DNA of 63,305 bases, counting the filler, from Sphacelaria rigidula (lineage: Eukaryota): assembly GCA_964200075.2 (NCBI GenBank). It is 11 parts of 11 records of this genome, joined end to end, with 100 filler letters (N's around TTAATTAATTAA, not from the genome) between each part and the next. Parts side by side here need not be neighbours in the genome. Positions count along the whole stretch, not along the records: positions 23,059 to 28,722 come from CAXNAA020025452.1; positions 28,823 to 34,486 come from CAXNAA020025453.1; 9 more parts are not named here. One strand, written 5' to 3'. The notes under the pieces were generated by a model, which saw only the letters and a program-made list of their open reading frames with translations, ran no database searches and was not told the origin of the DNA. A program made the position numbers and the translations under genes. Numbering within the stretch: the first letter of the stretch is position 1; every line of letters starts with the position of its first letter. Positions 23,786 through 34,586 of the stretch are shown here, in pieces.

Positions 23786-24439
23786 ATGTTTTGCTTGCAA
23801 CGCTGCTGTACACGAAGCATGCGTCAACGGCGTGCGGAACGATCTTTTGCTATCATCGTTTTTTTATCCCCCCCCCCCCCCTGAGGCTTGCAGTGTGTAA
23901 CCCGTTGCTGTCTCTGAAAGTGGCGATACCAGAAAACGAAGCAGCTCATTGTAGGCTGTCATCCAAATGCAAGATAACCGGTACGTTTCGGGCCGAACAA
24001 TCTAAGCGGGATGCAGCTCACCCTTCATGCGACTCGCCGAACACATCCCTGCGCTTCGCGCTTATTGATTGACTAGGAGCCTGGTCCGGCAAAAAGCCGG
24101 CGTGCTCCGTCCCGGCTTCGTAGGGATGCGAGGTCAATGGTCTGATCACTACGGCATGCAAGATCATGAGTACCCCCCCGCGCGCCCCTCCCTCCCCCTT
24201 GCATTTCACAGATACAAAGTAGGCAAGGGCCGGGTAGAATACCCGGGCAGCGTCCTCACAGCATGGTGGGACCACAGGCACGACATGGCGCCAGCAACTC
24301 TGTCGTACCACGTGGAGGCGACGACGGAGGAGGGGAGCACCATCGTGGAATCTCTCAACTGCACTCCAGCCTTGAGCGGGGCTATTGCTCTGGATGACGG
24401 AGCGCTCTGGGGTACGTGATTCGCATAATATATCTAGTA

Positions 24440-24560
24440 AGCGGTTGGTTGGTTGATTGGTCGATCCATTCGTTGGTCGACCGCTCGGTCGGTTGCTTTG
24501 TTGTCGGGCATGAGCTGATTCACTGCGGATCCAGCCGTGGTCGCACAAGATAAAGAAATA
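24440..24560 (-). mobile_element. LINE-like 3' end
   Basis: Minus strand GACCACGGCTGGATCCGCAGTGAATCAGCTCATGCCCGACAAC followed by a degenerate 4-nt repeat tail. Confidence 0.55.
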
Positions 24561-25194
24561 GTATAGAAGTGCACGTGAAGGGGAAAATACTTGCACGTTA
24601 CAAAGTAAAAGTGAAAATAAGTGATGATACTGGGGGGGGGGGGGTCATTTGGTGCTTGCCGTAGTCGTTTGACCATTGACCCCGTACCCCCTTTGAGACG
24701 GAGCGATGGAAAAATGGGGAGGGATATTTTGATACAGACACATTGACAAGAATGGGTATCAACGAGAGAGTAAAACGAAAGCGAGAGAGAAAAAAAATAC
24801 TAGAAACATGCATAATCGTACATACATTTTGTTTTGTGTTCATTGATGAATCGGCGAAATCGCAGCAATGCACAGCAGACGGAGCTCACGCTCACCGTCA
24901 CCAACTTCAATGGTTGAAAGATACTTTTTGTTTTTCTAGTATGGACCGTCGTCATATTGGAATCTTTCAGGGGGTGACGACAGTCCCGTGCACTCGTCAG
25001 GGGTAGAAGCAAAATAAATTATTTAATAGGCACCATAGGTGAGGTACCGTTCCGAGCGTACCCCTGGTATTTACCGGGGTATCCCATACCGTGGTATGCG
25101 TAGGTATCGTAGGTATGATATTTCAAAGTACCCGATCGGGCGGGTACGGTAGGTATTTAAATCTCGAAATACAATCGTTTTTACTCCCGTCATG

Positions 25195-25312
25195 ATTTAC
25201 CGGGGAGAGAGATGGGTTGATCCCTTGAGACTGTTAGACCACGGACTCGTCCCGAGAAAGGGGAGGGGTTTAACGTGCGACAAATAATGAATGAATAAAA
25301 CGAATAAATAAT
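25195..25312 (+). mobile_element. LINE-like 3' end, second subfamily
   Basis: GACCACGGACTCGTCCC...TTAACGTGCGACAA plus an AATG/AATA tail; related copy at ~28075-28160. Confidence 0.5.
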
Positions 25313-26785
25313 TCACAGGCACCGTAGGTAAGGTAGGTACCCGGTACCGGTATTTGGGACATCTCATACCCTACCGATACCGACCCAATCCGGTATTGTG
25401 AAATGTCATACTTACGATACAAGCGATACCACGGTATTTCGAGACATCAATACCTACCGTACCTGCCCAATCCGGTATTTTGAAATGTCATACCTACGAT
25501 ACCTACGATACCTACGATACCAGGGTATGTATCATTTCTTTCATCATCGTAGTACGAGTACGTCAGCTCCTTCATGTGTATGCACGTAAGGCTGCCGAAT
25601 TGACCTGCTGCAGTCACGATCCCAATCAAATTCATGTATTATTCTGTGTCAGGGGACTACGTTGAGTGCCCAAGTGGACCACAGGCGCGGAGTTCGGCCG
25701 TCCGACCACCTCCTGTGCTCAAGCTCGTACGCGCTGACCAGGTGACGACCGTCGATTGACTGACTCCCTTAAACGTCGATCGTGAAGCTTAGCCCTCCCT
25801 CCGTTTTTGCAGTCCGTGCAACTTTCGATATGTTTTTTTTTACTCTTGCCAATCCATTTTTTTCTTGTCTTTCTTGCCTTGTGTTGTTGATGTTGATTCT
25901 CGAGCACGCATGATACGCAGAGCGGTGCCCCGGTGGTGTTGAATGGTCCAAGTTTACACGAGTTAGAGCATATACACTGTAATACTGTACTGAATTACTC
26001 TACCAAGAGAGAGTTGCGGAACATGTTTGTTTTTTTGTCATTTCAGAGTGCAAATATCTCAAGATCAGAGTGTAACGAAAAAACTTATTTTCCCCTCCGT
26101 CAAATGTGGTACCGCCCGAACTTTTTATCGGTGGGCTGTGTTTTGTTGTTGTTGTTGTTGAAATATTTGCTCTCTGAAATGACAGAAGAGCGTTTACCGA
26201 AACTCTCTATTAGCTCGTGCGACTTATGGAAGCAATGCAGTGACCTGACTTGATTTTTTTGTATACTGTGTACGAGTGATTCTACGGGAGGGGTGCACGC
26301 ACGCTTTCAGCCAAAAGGCTTCTGAGGCTGCACACCATACCATGAGACCCAGATGTTTGCCGTCGACAGGCTCTTGAATTACAGAGCCCCCAGAAAAAAG
26401 GCCTCTCGTACAGATTATGCGAGGAGAAGTCCGTGTGAAGAAGACGCATGGTGAGTAAGTCGCCTGTGCAGTGGTATTTCAAGCAAGGGATAAATAATTA
26501 TTCGCCTGAAAATTACTTGCTGTCCAGAACGCATTTGATTCGGGGTGTCTGAATAACATCAACCCTCGGGCTTTGTTTCCAGCGTCACACTTCAGGTATG
26601 CAAAACCCCAGGCGCGTGGAATAGCGCACAATTTGTGTGGAGGCGTTTTTTACCCGCGGTCAACTATTCATCTCTCTCTCTGCTTCGAGTGATCAGGCCT
26701 CAAAAATCGTAGATTTGGTGGTTTGAACCACTGATGACACGTCCGACTCTTGCAGTGCTTCACTGCCTCGACAATGACAATATGT

Positions 26786-27094
26786 CACACGTCGGACAGC
26801 TCATGAGCTGCCTGGATATTTCTTGTTATTAGAGTACTGATCCGGATCATGGGCTACTAAATAGCTCATTTGGGCACTATTTCCGTATTAGCGTCCGGCA
26901 GCTATGGACGCCCAGCACGCCGTGTAGCGGGAAGGTAACGCTTTAGCTTCTCGAACACTGCTATCACGTGTTTTTGTGTTTACGTACGTAGGATCTGCAG
27001 AATTCTCTTCGATTAATTATTTCAGGTGTAACAACTCATGAGCTATTGATTAATTGATTGATTGATTAATAGCTCATGAGCTGTCCGGCGTGTG
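26786..27094. mobile_element. hAT-like MITE (CACACG.CGGACAGCTCATGAGCT family)
   Basis: 24-bp TIR with one mismatch; 8-bp TSD CAATATGT / CAATATAT. Confidence 0.8.
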
Positions 27095-27173
27095 CAATAT
27101 ATGGTCAATGGATGCAGTAGATCAGAAGTGTACTGGATAAAGTACAGGGACACGTCCGATCCTTGCAGTGTTT

Positions 27174-27717
27174 CACTCCCTGGACAATGACAGCATATGG
27201 TCAATATGTGGAAGATACCTCTTTGCAGTGATATATCAGAGAATAATGCCACACATGTATAAAGAACCAGCGCAAGCAGGGACAAAGTAGGAACGGTGCG
27301 GAAGGACCAGATTACCGAGAACCCTGTGATGCCGACGTAACTAGACAACTCGGGGTGATGCCAGGAAGAGCCTAATATTAGGACGGTCCAACATCCCCCG
27401 AGATACTGGTCGCCCCTGGCGACAACTTCTCGTCCGACCCAACTTCTTGCCTACATATACAAGAGGAAATCGTCGCCAGCCTCGGAGTTCCTTCGGCTTC
27501 AGGACGGCAGTCTCCCCCGTAGGTCTCTGACTATACTCTAGCGATACGCCGTCCTCACAAATAGATGCAATACACAAGAAGTGTGCTGCTGGGTAAAAGT
27601 ATAGACCTCTTGCAACTTTTGTCGGCCGACGATAGTTGCAAGAGGTCTATACTTTTACCCAGTACACGTCTAGTCTTTTGTATCTATTGACCATGTTTTG
27701 TCATTGTCCAGGGTGTG
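27174..27717. mobile_element. hAT-like foldback MITE (CACACCCTGGACAA family) interrupted by a solo LTR
   Basis: TIR CACTCCCTGGACAATGACA / TGTCATTGTCCAGGGTGTG, 8-bp flanks CAGTGTTT / CAGTATTT and a perfect 29-bp hairpin at 27589-27662. Confidence 0.75.
27207..27559. mobile_element. Solo LTR-like insertion
   Basis: TGTG...CACA termini and 4-bp TSD AATA; removing it restores the left arm of the host MITE. Confidence 0.7.
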
Positions 27718-28654
27718 CAGTATTTCGAGCTCATGGTGTTTTCAAGTCTCCATCTCATCCAAGATACGATTTGCAGGGCATGTGGGAGCACCCCGCGATT
27801 GCCATTTTTATGGGGCACGCAGTAATACCCCGAATGAATTTGAAAACAGGAATGTCCTGACCTGTAATTTTGTGTAGCTCTAAACTTCAGGAACCCCTGA
27901 GTGAGAAAGATCTGGACCAAAATGTGCTACCTCTACCGTACCATGGCTCTCAAGGACGTGATGAGTAGAAGCGGATTTGTTTTGGACAAGCAGAATCCCG
28001 ACGTGGTTGCAGGAGTTCGTGCTGATCCAATCCGCGATAATACTAGAATGTGAGGTGTGGTGTGTGCTGTACGGAAGGAGAGATGGACGGGTTGTTGGTA
28101 CCTTGAGACCACGGACCCGTCCCAAGGAAGGGAAGAGATGATGAGTATGACTAAAATAGAGAGAGTGAGAGCGTGGATGATGGTCATGATACCACGCAGC
28201 CCCCGAAACTTTACAGGTGACGTATCTACTTGTGGAGGAGAGGAGCAACTACCCAAACTTCCTCTACAGCGTCTGGAAACACCAGCCCGCGGAGGCAGCT
28301 GGGCTCAGTCCATCTACGTCAGCTTCAACAACAACATCAGGTATCTTTATCCCCGCTTCCCATTTCTCCTCACCCGGGGATGAAATCGCTCTATCCCCGC
28401 TCGAGATACAATGGGGGTGTTGTTGACCGTTTTCGCTAGTTACATGGGCATTCATAGACGAATAACGATGCCCCCGAAGACGCGGGGGGCATCGTTGAAA
28501 CGTATGAATCTGAACTCGTGACCGGTACCAAGAGAAAGCGTGCAATCTACTCCGACCAATGTTTTCGTGAGATTAAGAGTAGCGGATACGATTGAGAGAT
28601 AAAAGCGGCCAATGAGTGAGTGAATCGTTTCAGTTCCGAAATGTCCCCTTCATT

Positions 28655-28722
28655 GCCGGTCGCCCCGGTGGCTCAGTTGGTAACCTCGTAACCTTCTGAT
28701 GGTTGAGTTGGGGGGTTCGATT
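28655..28722 (+). mobile_element. tRNA-derived SINE copy 3 (head only, cut by the contig end)
   Basis: GCCGGTCGCCCCGGTGGCTCAGTTGGTAACCTCG...GGTTCGATT. Confidence 0.8.
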
Positions 28723-29399
28723 NNNNNNNNNNNNNNNNNNNNNNNNNNNNNNNNNNNNNNNNNNNNTTAATTAATTAANNNNNNNNNNNNNNNNNNNNNN
28801 NNNNNNNNNNNNNNNNNNNNNNAGATGAAACTTTCGGTCTTCGTGATAACCCTGCAGTGACATACGCGGATTTTCAGCAACACTTGACTGTTTCGTTTAG
28901 ACGCCAGACACGTCATTCCTGACCGGCCTCATCGGTCGTTCTGGAGGCCCGGTCCCAAAAGGGTTAATTGGTGTTGGTTGAGTCGTTTTTCGATACAGTA
29001 GAGACACATGATGAGTTGTACAACAGTACGAGTGCGTATCTCGACGATTGACTTTGTGTCCTGTCAGTACTACATAGTTCGACTCTTTCTATTCGCTTGC
29101 TACACATAGCATGTGAAGTACACTATCTTTTTTTGATAGCGACATGTCAATCACGGGGGAGTGTTGCAAATTTACACAGGGCAGTCTAAGTTCGTTGTGT
29201 GTGATTGAAATCGCCGCTGCAAGATACTTACTGTACTGCATAAGCGGCACGACTTGATTGTTATTTGTCACAGTTCAGGTGAAACTGTAAACCACGTCTT
29301 ATGTGTCGTTTCCCCGTACCTGCTTCATGGTAATATAGGGTACATTTTAAGATCTTTTGGTCTACGTACAGCATTGGTTTTTGTCCAGAGAGTGGAAAG

Positions 29400-29631
29400 T
29401 GTTGAGGCTCGCTCTCGCTCGCCATCGCTTCTCACTCTCCCCAGCAACCCAGTTTTGCTTCCACAGATCTCTCTTGCAAAAGAGGCTATTTGATATTTTA
29501 GGCTAAAAGTGCCGAACTACACCACCTTGGTTTTGCTACACTGCTCCTCGCAAGTAGCTTTACCGCTACAGTGCAAGCCTCTGCTTAACTGTCTAGTGAG
29601 ACAGTGCCGTGCCAGCGAATAATTTCCAACA
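29400..29631 (+). repeat. Candidate 5' LTR of the copia element
   Basis: TGTTG...CAACA termini directly followed by GGTTATCAGCC; no second copy to confirm it. Confidence 0.6.
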
Positions 29632-29642
29632 GGTTATCAGCC
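29632..29642 (+). promoter_or_regulatory. Candidate primer-binding site (GGTTAT type)
   Basis: GGTTATCAGCC immediately after CAACA; resembles the GGTTATGGGCCC half-tRNA-iMet PBS of copia-type elements. Confidence 0.55.
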
Positions 29643-29866
29643 TCGCTTTGCGAGCACATAGGCCAACAGATGCCTTCGATTCGCCACCACCTAGGTCTTC
29701 AGGTCATCAGCCTTCGAGTCAAGACTACATTGGTCAGCACGAGCGAGGTGGTGTCACATCAAGGTCGCCACAGCAGCGACAATCAAGAGTCCGAGAACCT
29801 TGATATTTCCAAAAGATCTGCAGGTGTGAAGAGAATAGTTTTATTAGTAACGTGAGGCAGATGAAT

Positions 29867-32800
29867 ATGTCGGGAGAGCCATCTGTAACTCAGCTCATCA
29901 AGAGCATCAACAAGTTCGACGGTACAAAGTTCGTTGAGTGGATGCGCTCTACGCGCGCTATCATTTCTTTGACTCATCCGGGGATTGCGGATATCCTGAA
30001 CGGGGTCGAACGCCCCGCGGAATGAGAACAAGATTTTTCCGAGGGCTATCATTTGTTTGACTCATCCGGGGATTGCGGATATCCTGAACGGGGTCGAACG
30101 CCCCGCGGAATGAGAACAAGATTTTTCCGAGGGCTATCATTTCTTTGACTCATCCGGGGATTGCGGATATCCTGAACGGGGTCGAACGCCCCGCGGAATG
30201 AGAACAAGATTTTTCCGAGGTAGATCTTCCACAACCAGCTGCCACAAGACCTAGCCCTGCTAAAAGTCGTTCTCAAACCACCCGCCAGCAGTCGTCCGTT
30301 CGACCGCATTTCTCATCGGTGAAGGCAACCGCTGGGGACGAGACGATCGCAGCGGTGGGTGGGACTGGACCTACCGAAGAAGACCACCATTCTACACGAG
30401 AATCCCGTTCTCCAAGCGTGGTGCCACATGTAAGGCAGATTTCTAACATGCGTGAGATAGAGAGTTGGGACCGGGCCGGTGCAATCAACAGTTGTTCCAC
30501 GTTTTGTACCTGTCTACAACTGGTCCTGTAGCGAGTTCTTTGTTGCGTTTCCAGCCGAGGGGTTCAGAGAGGCCAACCGGCAAATGTGCATGGAAAGCTT
30601 TGATTTCCAAGTATCAAAATTCTTCGAAGCAGAGAATCAGGGTCTTGATGAGAGAACTCAACAACGTCTCTATGTCACCAGGGCAAGACCCTGATACTTT
30701 CTTGAGCAAAGTGTATCAGCTTCGGGACGAACTGAACAACGTTGGCGAGGCCATTTCCGAAGAAAGGCTGACTGACATAGTGATCGAAGGTTCAACAAGT
30801 GAGTATGACCTCATCAAGTACAATGCGGAGCGTCATCCAGATCTCGGTATTCAGAGCATCGAAACAACAATGGCGCGGGGATATGCCTCCGGGAAATCGC
30901 ATGGCCGCGATTCATCACTGCTGGGGACATCACCGTCGAAATCTTTGAGCCAACCCCAGAAATTCCGTTGAAATTGCTACACCTGGGGAGACCAGGACAT
31001 CAGGCCAGAGACTGTCGCTCCCAAATGCAGTCAAATAACGGAAACATGCCTGTAAAATGGTGCGGTTTCCATCATACTGACAAGCATGACGATTCTGATT
31101 GTAGATCTCAACAGAACCGCGGGAATGCAACCAACAACGCTGGAAAAAACAACAATAACCATCATCGTCGCAGAAATCCCCGCCATCGAAATAACAACCG
31201 TGACAACGGCAGCAACAGCAACAGTAGGAGCAACCACAACAGCAATATCGGCAGCAACAACTCCAATGGACATCAACGCCAAGCCAACACAGCCGTCGCC
31301 GATCCAGCTTCTACAACCGCACCATCGAACATCAACGGTCTACAAACTTCTTCATCAACAGCTGCGACAGTGATAGATTCATCATCACCACCAAACGGTA
31401 TGGGATTTTCTTTTCTCTCTGGTTCATATGTCACTGATACATCCGATCAATTTTTTTTCAGCTGACCGTGGATAGCGGCAGCACTGGACACGTCTTGGAT
31501 GATCAGTTGCTACCCGATATCGAACGTGAAATGGTCAAGCTGGTCAAACTCGATCCACCGATGACTATTTCAAAAGCGGGACGCCATCTACTACATGGTA
31601 CAGCAAAAGGAGTTTTGAACACCGTAGTCATTGACTCTGAGGGGTACCAACGTTCTGTTCGGCTCCCAGCCGTAATTGTCCCAGGTTTGGCGAAGCATCT
31701 GTTCTCCCCTGTGCGAGCTCTTGAAAAGGGGGCTTCGACTATATTTTCTCACGAGTCCCATATCGACCTCGGAAAGTTTAAAGTACCAATCAACAGTGAC
31801 AGCAACGGAGCGTTACAGTACATCGGCGTGAGAGTTTCTCGGAAACCGGGTAATACTAAGAACAGCTCAGCATTTACAGCTACAATTATGTCAGGAGAAT
31901 CCATGGGCATCGGATCAGCCGTCGTTGCAGAAGCCATTTACCACGACATGCCGGGAGTTTCAGCAGCCATGTCTGCCACAGCGGGAGCAGAACCGACAGC
32001 TTTGTCTACCACGACAGGAGCAGACATTTGGCGTAGGCGACTTGGACATCCAACGCAGCAGGTCATGCACCGTCTACTGAATATTCTGGAATCAGGTGTG
32101 AACTTTGAGTGGTCACTTTCACCTTGTGTAACGTACAAGCTTAATAAAAGTGTACGGCAGGACCACCCAAAGACCGTAGACTCCACGAATTTTTGCGGAA
32201 CGACTGCAACTGGTCAACACTGACCTAACAGGGCCGATTACGCCCATGGCGCAGGGCGGCTACCGCTACATAGCAAAATTTACGGATCACTTCTCGCGTT
32301 TCAAGGTAGTCTACTTCATCAAAACGGAGGATGAGACCCTAACTACGCTCTGCAGGTTCATCCAAGATTTGCCTATTCCTTCAGGACTCCGTGTACGCCG
32401 TCTGCGGTCAGACCGTGAGGGTGAATACATCGCGGACTATTTTAAGAGGTAAGACTACGGGCATCCGTCAAGAGTTCACCAGCCCATATACTCCTCAGCA
32501 GAATGGCATCAGTAAAAGAGACGGACGGAGTATCTTGGACGTTACACGTTGTCTCCTGAACGAATCGAATTTGCCGAAATTTCTTTGGGGAGAAATTGCT
32601 GCAACTGCGGTCTTTTTAATCAATCGCCTACCACACACAAGCATCGACGGCGATACACCATTTTTTCGGATGTTTCTCAAGCAACCGAAGCTATCATCCT
32701 TGCGGACATTCGGCTCGAGGGCGTTTGTGCACAGGGAGCGTCATCACAGTAAGTTAGAAGAAAAGGCATGGGAAGAAGTGCTAGTAGGGTATGATTCCGA

Positions 32801-33871
32801 TAGTCTATCGTACCGTATTTACAACCGATACTCGGAAAAAATATCCAGCTCCAGAAACGTCACTTTAATCGAACAAGTAACAGGAGCTCCTTGCAGTGAT
32901 GAAGATGTTTCGACATTGGATATCCAGGAGCCCGACGTATCTGCAATTGATAAGGAACATCATGACGACACAAACAACTTCAACATGAATATCTACGATG
33001 GTATAGCTCAACTAGAGGACAGCACCACGGAGGACAATTCACCGACTACAGGGCCGCCTATCGCCCAAAGGAGGTTGCGTTCGACCGGCGGTCCCAATGT
33101 TCATCCTCCTGGACCCGTTAACAAACGGCAAGCCAGTGAGCTAAAGCGACCAGCTTTCATATCTTCTGGGGGTCAACATGCTGCAGCATCACTGGAAACG
33201 GTATGTCAGTACATAGGCACTGTCGGAGTTGAACAGGCCGCTCCATTTTGCAGGTTGGAAAGTCAGCGATTGTTACTGGCAATTGCTACTACATAAAATT
33301 GGTCTATTTTAGCCCTTGACGTACAAACTACTTTCTCAAACGACAAGCTACAGGTAACAGTATTCCAGAGACAACCGCCTGGCTTCGAGATGTTCGACCC
33401 AACGGCAGGAGAACCACAAGCTATGGTAAAGCCGGACTTCAGGGGAAAATGCGATCAACAACGGGGATGTTATTTTTTCTGTCTAACGGGCTAGTTCATT
33501 TCACTTCGAGCCTACAACGTATAACAGCTACTTCAACGACAGAAGCCGAGTTAATTGCCCTTTCGAAATGCGGCAAATTCGGAACGTATCTCTTCAATCT
33601 CATACGAGAGCTCGGATGGTCATCTATTGAGCCCGCGACTATCTACTCGGATTCACAAGACGCACTTCATTTGTCTTCAAACGCCAACTTCAGCACCAGC
33701 TCGAAACACCTGGCGATACGATTCTTTAAGATAAAAGATATGATTCGAGCCGGACAACTTAGGATAAACTATGTACGATCTTCAGAACAATCAGCGGATC
33801 TTCTCACCAAAAGCTGTGATAGAATCGTACATCAGAGACTGCTAAAGGCTATTACCGAATTTGGGAGATGA
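29867..33871 (+). pseudogene. Copia gag-pol pseudogene
   Basis: Gag FDGTKFVEW, AWKALISKY and a degenerate zinc knuckle (~30975). Protease DSGSTGH (~31471). Pre-integrase WRRRLGHP. Integrase TDLTGP, LRSDREGEY, PYTPQQNGISKR. RT fragment ALDVQTTF..QPPGF. RNase H STTEAELIAL, IYSDS, ADLLTK. Many stops and frameshifts. Confidence 0.9.
29957..30220 (+). repeat. 88-bp tandem triplication in copia gag
   Basis: Units start at 29957, 30045 and 30133 and are near identical. Confidence 0.95.
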
Positions 33872-33904
33872 CGGATATTAATCTGGCAGGATATTTATCT
33901 TCAG

Positions 33905-34010
33905 CATCATCGTCAACGCTAAACCTTCGATCATCTTCGTCAACGCTCAACCACGATCATCACCGTCAACGCTAAAACCTCGTTCATCATCGTCAACGCT
34001 CAACCACTAC
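33905..34010 (+). repeat. 26-27-bp minisatellite in the copia 3' UTR
   Basis: Four units with core CATC..CGTCAACGCT.AA. Confidence 0.85.
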
Positions 34011-34068
34011 CATCCTCTTTTACGTTTGTGACGTTAGCAGGTTTGCTAGTACTGCAGCGTTTAAATGC

Positions 34069-34278
34069 TGTTGAGGACTCCCCAGCTCCACTGGCCTCAA
34101 GGTTCTCAGTTGTCAGCCTTTACAACACCTTATCATTATCTCGGAGTAAACATCCGCAGCCCTGCACCATCTGGGCTGGGCTACACAGCAAGGGTCATCA
34201 TCCACAGGAGGCCCTTATCCCCTGGTCATCACCCAGGATCTACTATATACTCAACCGTGACGGCGTGATTTCGCCACA
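34069..34278 (-). mobile_element. Gypsy-family solo LTR
   Basis: TG...CA bounded, 210 bp; matches 22746-22958 and resembles the LTR at 38427-38650. Confidence 0.7.
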
Positions 34279-34586
34279 CGTTCATCTTCGACCTTCTAAT
34301 TTTTTCGAGTGTCATCACCCAAGCGACATCTCGACCATCCCAGGGGCACCACACCATATGGCAGGGGATTTTATAAAATGAGGTTGATAAATGAAATGAG
34401 GTTTGAGGAGGCCAGCCAGTATGCGACAAAAACCCGAGAGAAGTACCGTCCGCAAGTGCCTTCGATCGATACCTGGGGGGGGGGGGNNNNNNNNNNNNNN
34501 NNNNNNNNNNNNNNNNNNNNNNNNNNNNNNTTAATTAATTAANNNNNNNNNNNNNNNNNNNNNNNNNNNNNNNNNNNNNNNNNNNN

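Larger units (their letters stand above)
24212..28340 (+). pseudogene. Putative spliced gene or pseudogene fragment of unknown function
   Basis: AG/GT-bounded candidate exons 24212-24411, 25653-25741 and 26414-26450 splice in frame (YKVGKGRVEYPGSVLTAWWDHRH...GDYVECPSG...IMRGEVRVKKTH). Exon 27878-28054 contains an in-frame TGA. The frame of 28217-28340 is ambiguous. Confidence 0.45.
29400..34068 (+). mobile_element. Decayed Ty1/copia LTR retrotransposon
   Basis: Domain order gag-PR-IN-RT-RH; candidate 5' LTR and PBS present; no matching 3' LTR in the contig. Confidence 0.9.

Noticed and set aside
27898..27900. In-frame TGA as selenocysteine
   Set aside because: Additional frame disruption nearby and no SECIS evidence; a nonsense mutation is the simpler explanation.
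34069..34278. 3' LTR of the copia element
   Set aside because: Does not match 29400-29631 and has no polypurine tract; matches the gypsy-type LTRs instead.
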